Below, piece by piece: positions 19,947-28,430 of a DNA stretch of 43,624 bases; position 1 is the stretch's first letter, and every line of letters begins with the position of its first letter. The DNA is from a virus (lineage: Duplodnaviria > Caudoviricetes): IMG/VR virus record IMGVR_UViG_3300035105_000248, positions 1 through 43,624 of that record, one strand, 5' to 3'. The notes below the pieces were generated by a model, which was given only the letters and a program-made list of their open reading frames with translations, was not told where the DNA came from and ran no database searches. The translations under genes were made by a program, and so were the position numbers.

Positions 19947-21892
19947 TTTTCTTCCTTTATAAACCCATTATACATATTAAAAGTATTTCCATCATACAGG
20001 GACTTAGTATTTCCATCATACAGGGACTTAGTATTTCCATCAACAAAAATAAAAAGATTTTCTTCCTCCTTTAAAGAAAGAACTAAATATTCTTGTATAA
20101 AAGAAGAATATTCTGACATTTTAAAACTTTCTGAGGATAAAAAAACAGATGCAAAAAATTCCTTATTTTCTGAAAATGTTTTAGTACCTTCTGAAAAAGA
20201 ATGAATTTCTTCTGAAATTTTTGAAATATAGGAGTATTCTTCAAAACTGGATGTTGTTGAAGTTAAAAAAACTGTTTCATTTATATATGAAGCATAATAA
20301 CTGGTCTTTTCTTTTTCTGTATTAAGAGCGATTATCTCATTTATATCTGAAACATGATTTATGTTTTTTTCAGCTTGTGAATTTAAATCTATTGTTTCAT
20401 TTATATATGAAGTATGATTTATGTTTTTTTCAAATTCTGTGCTTAAACTTGCTGTTTCATTTATTATTGAAGAGTAAGAAGCACTCTCCGTTGCAGAACC
20501 ATAGCTTGTTATTTCTATTGTTTCATTTATATATGAAGTATGATTTATGTTTTTTTCAAATTCTGTGCTTAAACTTGCTGTTTCATTTATATATGAAGTA
20601 TGATTTATGTTTTTTTCAAATTCTGTATTAAGAGCGATTATCTCATTTATATCTGAAACATGATTTATGTTTTTTTCAAATTCTGTGCTTAAACTTGCTG
20701 TTTCATTTATTATTGAAGCATAATAACTGGTCTTTTCTTTTTCTGTATTAAGAGCGATTATCTCATTTATATCTGAAGTGTAAGAATATTCTTCAAATTC
20801 TGTGCTTGTACCTGCACTTGTAACAGTTGCAGTCTCTGTTACAACAGAAGAAATTTCAGCCTGCTTTTCAAAGCCTGAAATTAAATTTGTCTTTTCTGAA
20901 AGTGTGGAGGAGAATAAACCTTCTTTTTGGAATTCTGATATTGTGTTTACTTTTTCTGATATTACTGAGGCATATTCGGGGGAAGTTGTCCCAGAAACAT
21001 ATTCAAATGCACCAATAGTACAAACATCAAGCCCACGTTCATTTCCTGCAATATCAGTTGTTGGTATTGCAGAGTTGAAATTATGCCCTATACCTGCATC
21101 AATTAAAACCGAGTCAGAACCAATATTTAAGTCCTCAGAGCCAGGAGAGACATTCCACCCCAGATTAGAAAGAGTTATGTTGTCAATTACATTAGTACCG
21201 GGAGCAGATGTATCATTTGAAGCGTTATAATCGCCTGTGCAGGAATAAAAATTATCGTAACCGCCTATAGTTGTATTATAAATTACAGTGTTGTAACAAA
21301 CGCAATCGCTTAATATTATTTGGTTACTATATACACCAACACCATCCGCATAAATAGAACAGTTCACAACTTTTGTTAGGTCATACCAAAAGAACACAAG
21401 GCCATATGCAATATAACCGGCGACCTGCCAAACTACACAGTTTTCAAGCAATTTCAAACCGGAAGACGCTGAAAATGACCCGTTTATATCGTGTATCAGG
21501 CACTTTTTTACTTCTAAACTTGCTCCATTTTCATATATAAAACTTGATGCAGCGCTATCCCCTGTTAATTCAACCCCTTCAATTAGCATATGATGCCCGG
21601 ATTGAAGCACTAAAAAATAAGTTGTTGAGCTTGTAACAAGCTTAATTCCCTGATTGATTTTACCGGAATGAAAAAAATCGGTAGCATTTCTTATTATTAT
21701 TTTTCTTGTATCGTCTGTTACCCAAGCCTGAGATGTTGTGTTCATAGCAACATAATCAAAACTGATATAAACCTCAGCAACAGCAATTTCATCAGCTGAA
21801 ACAAGGTCTCTTGCCTCTCCTGACAAAAAAGCTTCAAGTGAGGTATAGTCACCTCCTGTAGATTTAATTGTTTTAATTACCTCAGTTGCCAT
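19943..21892 (-). CDS. Head/neck fibre-like protein: N-terminal beta-helix-like head plus 20-aa repeat shaft
   Basis: 649 aa. GGDYTSL start and DLNIGSDSVLIDAG..DIAGNERG..IGAFEY (choice-of-anchor-Q-like cap), then repeats such as SYINETASLSTEFEKNINHT. Confidence 0.6.
   Translation of the reverse strand: MATEVIKTIKSTGGDYTSLEAFLSGEARDLVSADEIAVAEVYISFDYVAMNTTSQAWVTDDTRKIIIRNATDFFHSGKINQGIKLVTSSTTYFLVLQSGHHMLIEGVELTGDSAASSFIYENGASLEVKKCLIHDINGSFSASSGLKLLENCVVWQVAGYIAYGLVFFWYDLTKVVNCSIYADGVGVYSNQIILSDCVCYNTVIYNTTIGGYDNFYSCTGDYNASNDTSAPGTNVIDNITLSNLGWNVSPGSEDLNIGSDSVLIDAGIGHNFNSAIPTTDIAGNERGLDVCTIGAFEYVSGTTSPEYASVISEKVNTISEFQKEGLFSSTLSEKTNLISGFEKQAEISSVVTETATVTSAGTSTEFEEYSYTSDINEIIALNTEKEKTSYYASIINETASLSTEFEKNINHVSDINEIIALNTEFEKNINHTSYINETASLSTEFEKNINHTSYINETIEITSYGSATESASYSSIINETASLSTEFEKNINHTSYINETIDLNSQAEKNINHVSDINEIIALNTEKEKTSYYASYINETVFLTSTTSSFEEYSYISKISEEIHSFSEGTKTFSENKEFFASVFLSSESFKMSEYSSFIQEYLVLSLKEEENLFIFVDGNTKSLYDGNTKSLYDGNTFNMYNGFIKEEK
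19983..20041. repeat. 24-bp tandem repeat (~2.5 copies) encoding DGNTKSLY
   Basis: gtatttccatcatacagggactta repeated directly. Confidence 0.85.
20270..20790. repeat. 60-bp mosaic tandem repeats in the fibre gene
   Basis: Lines 20521-20761 align at a 60-bp period with shuffled sub-blocks. Confidence 0.9.
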
Positions 21893-21894
21893 AA

Positions 21895-22179
21895 TTAAAT
21901 ATTTTCCTTAATGAAAGACTCGTCTTTCTCGAATACTTGCCAGTCTGAATTTTGCATTTCAGACCATTCAGCTGAAGAAAAGGCATCATCTAAATCGAAA
22001 AAATATTTATCTTCACCTGTTTCAATGTCTTTCTTAGACAATAGCTCTGATTTAGTTTTATTGGTTGCGACCCGAACAACAACAAACTTATCAAGGCACT
22101 CTTCTTTCCCCCAGTTTGAGAGATCGGGCTGAGCATAAATAATTTTACCTCTGTTTTTGAGGCTTATCAGAAGCTCCAT
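21895..22179 (-). CDS. Hypothetical protein (possible fibre partner/chaperone)
   Basis: 94 aa, GAGG RBS, directly upstream of the fibre gene. Confidence 0.6.
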   Translation of the reverse strand: MELLISLKNRGKIIYAQPDLSNWGKEECLDKFVVVRVATNKTKSELLSKKDIETGEDKYFFDLDDAFSSAEWSEMQNSDWQVFEKDESFIKENI

Positions 22180-22292
22180 TTTTGTCCTCTTTTAAATAAT
22201 AAGTGTGCTGAATTACATTTTTCAATCCCGACTGGTCAGGGATTTTTCTGACCCTTACCCAAAAATCTGCGGTTTCATACCATGTCTCATTT

Positions 22293-22634
22293 TTAAGCAA
22301 AAGAGATTGTTACAGAAGTTAAATTATAAGTACCATTATTTGTGTAAGTTTCTTGGTTTTCTACTGCAATAACGTCCCTGCCATATTCTATAACACCATC
22401 TGTAGACCTGTAAGAAATCGCAGCTACTGTAGTTCCTGCTGGAACTTCAAAAGTTACAGTAGTTGTTGTGCTAACAGAACCAGAAGAGGCACTTCCCCAA
22501 GATAAAACTTTATCTTGTGAAGCTCCCACATGATCAAGTATTTCTGCATTTGTATTATCTAAAAGCCTTGCCTTTGTTGCTACAGAAGCAATCCCATCCA
22601 AAGCATAGTTTTTACCTTCTACTGTTAAACTCAT
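22293..22634 (-). CDS. Small beta-rich virion protein (fibre-anchor-like)
   Basis: 113 aa. WGSASSGS...VTFEVPAGTTV...GTYNLTS pattern common in phage fibre-associated proteins. Confidence 0.6.
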   Translation of the reverse strand: MSLTVEGKNYALDGIASVATKARLLDNTNAEILDHVGASQDKVLSWGSASSGSVSTTTTVTFEVPAGTTVAAISYRSTDGVIEYGRDVIAVENQETYTNNGTYNLTSVTISFA

Positions 22635-22649
22635 TTTTATCTCTCCTTC

Positions 22650-23042
22650 TTATATTGTTGGTATATAGGTAACAAAAGCCTCAGAAGAAAACCCTTCTGA
22701 ACGCATGTTACTGAACAGAAAAGGGTCATTCTCCAAAGCTTCTTTAAATTTTAAATCAAATTCTTCAATAAGTTTAGAATAATGGTCAAATCTTTGATTC
22801 AAGTGCATTGAATTTATTTTAAATTTAGGACTGCTTTGAAGTCTTAAATCAGCAATAACATAACGTATGCTTCTTTGGACTAACCAAAATTCTTCTATAT
22901 TATTATTTAAAGGAAAAATCACACCAGTCTCTTTAGAAGCAATATCACAAGCAAAAAAAATCATTTCAGGACTTGCTTTATCTGAAAAAGACAATAATTG
23001 GGTACTTACTGTTGTAATCAAAGCTTCTAAATTAATAAACAT
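22650..23042 (-). CDS. Head-tail adaptor-like protein
   Basis: 130 aa, helical, two genes after the capsid. Assigned by synteny only. Confidence 0.45.
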   Translation of the reverse strand: MFINLEALITTVSTQLLSFSDKASPEMIFFACDIASKETGVIFPLNNNIEEFWLVQRSIRYVIADLRLQSSPKFKINSMHLNQRFDHYSKLIEEFDLKFKEALENDPFLFSNMRSEGFSSEAFVTYIPTI

Positions 23043-23044
23043 AG

Positions 23045-23344
23045 TTATTGTGTCCTTTTTCTTCTACGAACAGGTTTAGGTTTCTCTTTTTCTACAACTT
23101 CTTCCTCTTCAACTTCTTCCTCTTCAACTTCTTCCTCTTCAACAACTTTTTTCTGACTTTTTTCAGGTTTAGGTTTCTCTTTTTTTGAATTTTCAATAAC
23201 CTGAATCACTTCTGTACCTGCTGCAATTTCCTGCTGAATTGCTTCAGGAAGCTCTTTAAAAGATTCTGCTTCATAAACTGTTCCAGTATTCACAATACCT
23301 AATCCTGTAAATTTAACTGTAGTTTTTACGATTGCTTTAACCAT
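23045..23344 (-). CDS. Hypothetical protein with Glu-rich tract and basic tail
   Basis: Likely start ATG 23344 after AGGAGA (99 aa). The VEEEE tract is encoded by a 15-bp tandem repeat at ~23093-23143. Confidence 0.7.
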   Translation of the reverse strand: MVKAIVKTTVKFTGLGIVNTGTVYEAESFKELPEAIQQEIAAGTEVIQVIENSKKEKPKPEKSQKKVVEEEEVEEEEVEEEEVVEKEKPKPVRRRKRTQ

Positions 23345-23356
23345 TATGTCTCCTAT

Positions 23357-23378
23357 AAAGAAGGGGCAGAAGCCCCTC
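23357..23378 (-). terminator. Intrinsic terminator-like hairpin after major capsid gene
   Basis: AGGGGC-TTCT-GCCCCT followed by TCTTT on the minus strand. Confidence 0.65.
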
Positions 23379-23390
23379 CTCACTGTATTT

Positions 23391-24611
23391 TTATTTTACT
23401 TTAATAGTCATAACCATGTCAGGGTGATAAAGAAGAGGAAAAGCTTTATCCTGAACTCTGATAAACAATCCATCTGGGTCCCATTCTTCTTTTCTATCAA
23501 TAAATTTACCATACTTGCCTTTAAGACCGTAAGGGGCTTCTGCTATTTCAGCAATAGAAGCTCCATCTTTTGTCCAAGAACCCATATGGAAAATATCATC
23601 TTCTACATACTTCCTACGCATCCAAACTTTATCAAAACGTGCTTTATAAGTACGTGTAGGAGCTGAATCAATAGTAAGCTTTCCTGCAACAACATCAACT
23701 GCTGTGATTGTTCTTTTTTCTTTAACAAGAGGCTCATCCATTTTCCAAAAATAAAGAGTGCCACCGACAGCAAAATCAGTAGCGTCTTCAACAAAAATTT
23801 CTGTATCAGAAGTTCCTACATTCTGGAGTAGCCAACCTGGAACTTCATAAAATTCATCATAAATATGAAGAGGACCAACGCCAATCAAAGAACCTACAAC
23901 TGTTGCAGGGTTTTTAAAAAGATCACCGTCGCCAAATGCTGATTTTTTAAGCATTTCCTGCAATTTTGAATCAAACATGAGAAGTTTCAAAATTGAACTG
24001 TTGCAAAGTGTGTACTCTGGAGATTTCCCTGTATTATCGGAATAAAGCTGTTTTGCATCATAAATATCTTCAATAGGGTTACGATCAACACCAGTACCCC
24101 ATTTTCTGTTATTCGCAAGCGTGATTTTGTTCTCTGCAGGCACACCATAATCTACTTTAATTTTAGTGCCACCCTTCTGAGTATAAACAAGCTCACCTTT
24201 TACAGCCATCTGACAACACATCCATTCTCTTCTTCTGTCAACACGAAGAGAAAGTTTCTGAATACCTCTTGCAATCTGTTTTTCTGCACGCATTTTTGAA
24301 TTTGTGCCAGGCTGTCTGAGGTTGTTAAGAAGTTCTTCATCAAAAAACATTTTTTCTTTAAAAAATGCAACTTTAGCAGAACCTTCACCATAACCGTCAA
24401 CTCCTACAGAAGGAGCAGGTGCTCCAGGAGCTACGAAAGGTGTCATCCCTGCTGAACCATACTCAATGTCCCACTTTACTGTATCTGAATCCCATTTATC
24501 TGTACCAAACATCTTTGTAAAAAAAGTATCTGGTGCTTTTGGCATCTTAGAAACCATTTTATTCATAGTTTCAAGATGAAGAATAGGAATACCGTCAATA
24601 CCTTTAGCCAT
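23391..24611 (-). CDS. Major capsid protein (lambda gpE-like) with insertion domain
   Basis: 406 aa. MTPFVAPGAP, RRREWMCCQ..G, VDYGVPAENK..W..NPIEDI motifs. Follows the protease and decoration genes. Confidence 0.9.
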   Translation of the reverse strand: MAKGIDGIPILHLETMNKMVSKMPKAPDTFFTKMFGTDKWDSDTVKWDIEYGSAGMTPFVAPGAPAPSVGVDGYGEGSAKVAFFKEKMFFDEELLNNLRQPGTNSKMRAEKQIARGIQKLSLRVDRRREWMCCQMAVKGELVYTQKGGTKIKVDYGVPAENKITLANNRKWGTGVDRNPIEDIYDAKQLYSDNTGKSPEYTLCNSSILKLLMFDSKLQEMLKKSAFGDGDLFKNPATVVGSLIGVGPLHIYDEFYEVPGWLLQNVGTSDTEIFVEDATDFAVGGTLYFWKMDEPLVKEKRTITAVDVVAGKLTIDSAPTRTYKARFDKVWMRRKYVEDDIFHMGSWTKDGASIAEIAEAPYGLKGKYGKFIDRKEEWDPDGLFIRVQDKAFPLLYHPDMVMTIKVK

Positions 24612-24623
24612 AAAAATCTCCTT

Positions 24624-25334
24624 TTATCTCAGAACAAAAAATCTGCCAAGAGTTGTACCGTTTAAGGCAGTTTTTGCTTCACTGTCCAGATTCAAAAGTC
24701 CGAAAGAATAAAGAACAGCATTTGTTAAAACAATAGAACAGTTACCACCAACAGCATACTGACCAAAACCAGTATCAATGTCTTTATCAAGAACGCAAAC
24801 AGCGTCAGACATTTTATCTGAAACTGTTCCTGATTTGATATAACACTTTGTTTTGTTTGCTGTAGTAAAAGTTGCAACAGCTACTGCAGTAGTGAAAGTA
24901 ATTTCTGCAAAAACATCAGAAGAATCTAAATCTACAGCAGTAATAGCTCCACCATCATGATATACCTGAGAAGTGTCATCATGTTCAAGCACAATAGAAA
25001 AACCTACCTGAAAAATGTAAGCTTCCTGTTTAAGAATTTTTATAGAAGTTGCTGCATTAGCTACATCAGCTACAGCAAAAGACTTCCAATAATCTGAACC
25101 GACAGCAGCATAAGGAACATAGTTACCTGAAGCTGCATTTTCTGCAAGCACAGTGCCTTTTGGAAGAAAACCAAAACCTTTATCAACAGTAGCATCCACA
25201 ATAAGTGCCTGTTCTCTTCGTGAGTGAAATAAAGGAAGATACCCTGGAGAATCTGGCAAATGTGTTATTTGAGCAGTACTTCCCTGCCCTTTAAGCACTT
25301 TGTTTGCTTCAAAATCCCTATCAAAATAAGTCAT
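24624..25334 (-). CDS. Head decoration protein with inserted domain
   Basis: 236 aa between protease and capsid. LPKGTVLA..SGNYVPY and AVCVL..D motifs flank an insert. Confidence 0.75.
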   Translation of the reverse strand: MTYFDRDFEANKVLKGQGSTAQITHLPDSPGYLPLFHSRREQALIVDATVDKGFGFLPKGTVLAENAASGNYVPYAAVGSDYWKSFAVADVANAATSIKILKQEAYIFQVGFSIVLEHDDTSQVYHDGGAITAVDLDSSDVFAEITFTTAVAVATFTTANKTKCYIKSGTVSDKMSDAVCVLDKDIDTGFGQYAVGGNCSIVLTNAVLYSFGLLNLDSEAKTALNGTTLGRFFVLR

Positions 25335-25337
25335 ATT

Positions 25338-26726
25338 TTACTCCTTTGCTTCTTCAACAATGCCAAGATCAGAAAGAAGAGAATTGATATCTTCATCTTT
25401 CATTCCTTCTACATTATCAAAATCTTCGTTGCTTGAAGCCCCTGCGACTTCCATCTTACCAGAAAGAACTTTTTTATAGTCTTCTGCTTCTGTTTCAACA
25501 GCAGCTTTAAAAGCTTCAGAATCAAAAACGCCTTCTTCAGAAACATGGTCTGCATAATTCACAGATTTCTTAATCTTGCCTTTAATCACAGGAGACAGTT
25601 TTGTCCCAGCAAGTACTGAATCTGCAAGTAGAGAAGCCTTTTCTTCTGCATCTTTTTCGTCTCTTACAGCATCTTTCTTTTCAAGTGTTTTGATTTTTTC
25701 ATCCAAAGATTTAATAACTGCGCCAATCTTTGAAATATTCGTATTAATTTTTTCAAGAGCTTCTGTGTCCGCAGATTTTTCTGCAGGAGCATCAGAAGTT
25801 TTTTCTTCTTTGGCAAACTTGCTCTGAATCTCTTCCCAAAGTTTAGGATGAGCTGCCTGAAGTTCTTCAAGATTCATATTGTTCTCCTCATTTGTTTTTT
25901 TATCTATAACAAAACTTGCTTCTTTGTCTTTTTTTAAAGAAGAAGCAAATTCATCAAAAGTTGCTATACTGTCTACCATTCCAGCACTTACAGCATCTTT
26001 ACCTACAAGCACACCTCCTTTTCCGAATTTATTTTCTACAACAGAAATAGAAACATTTCTATTTCCTGCTACAGCGTTAATAAAAACATCAGCAAGAGCA
26101 TCTAATTCATCTTGAATGACACCCTTACCTTCTTCTGTGGCTGGATTGGGTCTTTTATTGGGGGATTTTCTGTTAGTTATTTCGATGTATGGATCATGCT
26201 CAGGATTTAATACATCACAAACAACCCCAATACTTCCAACCATTGCAGTTTCATCAACTATAATTTCATCTGAAGCTGATGCTATCCAGTAAGCTGCAGA
26301 ACAGCACATGCCTGGAACGTATGTTGAAACTTTTTTCTCATAATTTTTAAGATATTGAGAAAAAGCATTAACACCAAAAACAACCCCTCCGGGCGAATGA
26401 CAAATCAAAGCTACAGAATCGACTGAAGTGTCCATTTTAGCTTTTTCAAAAGCATTTTTTAAATCTGTAAGAGCTGTAGCATACCCTAACCAAGTCATAA
26501 AGTTAGATTTTGGAAAGATTGGTCCATATAAAGGAATAGAAGCAACACCATCAACTACCTCATAAGAAATTGCTTTATCATCTTCAGGATTTTTGAAAAA
26601 AGTTTTAAAATTTTCTTCAAAAGAATCTTTAGCATTTTCTGATTTAAGAGTATTCAGCAATAAATTTAAAGAATCAGGCTCAATAAACCAATGAGCATGC
26701 TGAAAAACCTCAAGAAATAAGTTCAT
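25338..26726 (-). CDS. S49-family prohead protease fused to scaffold region
   Basis: 462 aa. SPGG, CSAAYWIAS, VGSIGV motifs; acidic coiled-coil C-terminus. Confidence 0.92.
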   Translation of the reverse strand: MNLFLEVFQHAHWFIEPDSLNLLLNTLKSENAKDSFEENFKTFFKNPEDDKAISYEVVDGVASIPLYGPIFPKSNFMTWLGYATALTDLKNAFEKAKMDTSVDSVALICHSPGGVVFGVNAFSQYLKNYEKKVSTYVPGMCCSAAYWIASASDEIIVDETAMVGSIGVVCDVLNPEHDPYIEITNRKSPNKRPNPATEEGKGVIQDELDALADVFINAVAGNRNVSISVVENKFGKGGVLVGKDAVSAGMVDSIATFDEFASSLKKDKEASFVIDKKTNEENNMNLEELQAAHPKLWEEIQSKFAKEEKTSDAPAEKSADTEALEKINTNISKIGAVIKSLDEKIKTLEKKDAVRDEKDAEEKASLLADSVLAGTKLSPVIKGKIKKSVNYADHVSEEGVFDSEAFKAAVETEAEDYKKVLSGKMEVAGASSNEDFDNVEGMKDEDINSLLSDLGIVEEAKE

Positions 26727-26753
26727 AAACTTTCCTCCGTATTTTTATCCATA

Positions 26754-28430
26754 CTAATAGTGTATTTTAGCCTTGTCAACCTTATTTTTGTTGCCTTTCC
26801 TATCTTTATCCTCCTTTTTTTTATTTTCCTCTTCTTCTGTCTCTTTCGTAGCTTCTTCATCCTTACCAGGTTCACTTGCTTTTTCAACAGCAGCTTCAGA
26901 TTCTTCAGCAGTTCTTAACTCTGGGTACATAGCTTCTTCTGTGGCTTTTTGTAAACGTAAAAAAGGATAAGAAGTAAAACCAAGTTTTCTCGCTACACTT
27001 GAAGCAGGCACTCCTAAAGCATCTGTAACAGCAGCATGCTTACTACCAAGAAAAGCATTCGCTTTATCAACAACATTTTGAACTTCTGAAGTTGGAAATT
27101 CAAAATAGATAAGATCATGCACTTGTTTTTCTACATTTCTGAAAATTGGTTCTCCATTTTCATCAAATCCCCAAACTTCTTTCTTTTTGTAAGAAGTTTT
27201 AAACTTAGAATCAAGTTGCCCTTTTATATAAAAAATATGTCTCCAAAAATCATATCTCAAAAATCTTTCAAAATATTCAATTTCATTTTGAAGTCTGTCT
27301 GTAGCACTTTTACCAGTTTCTTTTATACCAGCAAAAGTGCTGCCTGATGTTTTTCCTGTTAAAGCATGGTCTGTTGTGTTCAATCCAGAAGTGACCATAT
27401 GTAAAATATCTGTATCTGTATCTGAAATTCTTGGAAGATTTGGATTATGGCACTTTAAAGTAAGTCCTGGAGGCAGCATTAAAGTACCTCCAGGAGTTTT
27501 TTCAGCATAAATACCAGTTTCCTGTTTTTGTTCAGGAGTCATAGACAACCAAGTTCTAAATGCTTTAGTATCTTGCATTTCAATAACCCATAAATAACTT
27601 CCTGATGATTTTTTGTGCAAAATTTCCCATCTTTTAAGTTGTTCATACTGCTCAATCCAATTCAAAGTGCAGACTATATGGGAAACATTTCTTTTTTTCA
27701 AAATACCTTTGTCCCATCGAACTATAAACCTTCTAAAACCATTTAATTCTTTAAAATTAGAATCTTCTGCAAATTTTAATTTTTCTTTATCAAAATAAGA
27801 TTTTGAATTAACTTCTTCCGCAAGGTTCTCAATATAAGCACAATAAATAGAAGGAACATAAACTGTATTGTTTTCATCTGAAAAAGAAATTTCATAACAA
27901 ACAGGCATTGTTTGTTTTTTAGGATGAAAGAAAATACCACTACTTTCATCACCTCCAACTAAAGCAGAAGGAGAAATGAAATCTACTTCAGTAAAACCAG
28001 AAGTATGTGCAGTAAACATTAAGAAAAGCTCTCCTTCAATCTCACTTCGAGCAACATACTTAGTCATATTTGTGTACAGCTCATTTCTAACATCTTCAAT
28101 AATCTCTTTCAAAAACTGATTAACTTCAAAAATGTCAGAAACCACATTAAAACCCTTTCCACTTAAACCCCCTTTATAATCAGAAATATAAGAACGTATT
28201 TGAGGATTCTTAGAAAATTTATCCCAACATAACTTCTGCAATTCTGTTAGATTCTTTGTTCCTTCAATCTCAGAATACCCTTCCTCAAAACCATCACTAT
28301 CAATATGTTTAACTGTTCCTGATAAATTTTGAGGCAGGTATTGTTGTGCAATTGCGTGTAAATTTTCTTCGCTCAAAGTGTCTACAAGTTTTGCTATTTC
28401 TTCTGGTGTAGATGTTAAAATATCATTCAT
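26754..28430 (-). CDS. Portal protein
   Basis: 558 aa between terminase and protease. IEGELF motif, PGGTLMLPPG clip region, charged C-terminal tail. Confidence 0.85.
   Translation of the reverse strand: MNDILTSTPEEIAKLVDTLSEENLHAIAQQYLPQNLSGTVKHIDSDGFEEGYSEIEGTKNLTELQKLCWDKFSKNPQIRSYISDYKGGLSGKGFNVVSDIFEVNQFLKEIIEDVRNELYTNMTKYVARSEIEGELFLMFTAHTSGFTEVDFISPSALVGGDESSGIFFHPKKQTMPVCYEISFSDENNTVYVPSIYCAYIENLAEEVNSKSYFDKEKLKFAEDSNFKELNGFRRFIVRWDKGILKKRNVSHIVCTLNWIEQYEQLKRWEILHKKSSGSYLWVIEMQDTKAFRTWLSMTPEQKQETGIYAEKTPGGTLMLPPGLTLKCHNPNLPRISDTDTDILHMVTSGLNTTDHALTGKTSGSTFAGIKETGKSATDRLQNEIEYFERFLRYDFWRHIFYIKGQLDSKFKTSYKKKEVWGFDENGEPIFRNVEKQVHDLIYFEFPTSEVQNVVDKANAFLGSKHAAVTDALGVPASSVARKLGFTSYPFLRLQKATEEAMYPELRTAEESEAAVEKASEPGKDEEATKETEEEENKKKEDKDRKGNKNKVDKAKIHY

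Noticed and set aside
20270-20790. Possible DGR template/variable repeat pair
   Set aside because: Copies differ by block shuffling, not adenine-specific substitutions, and there is no reverse transcriptase in the window.
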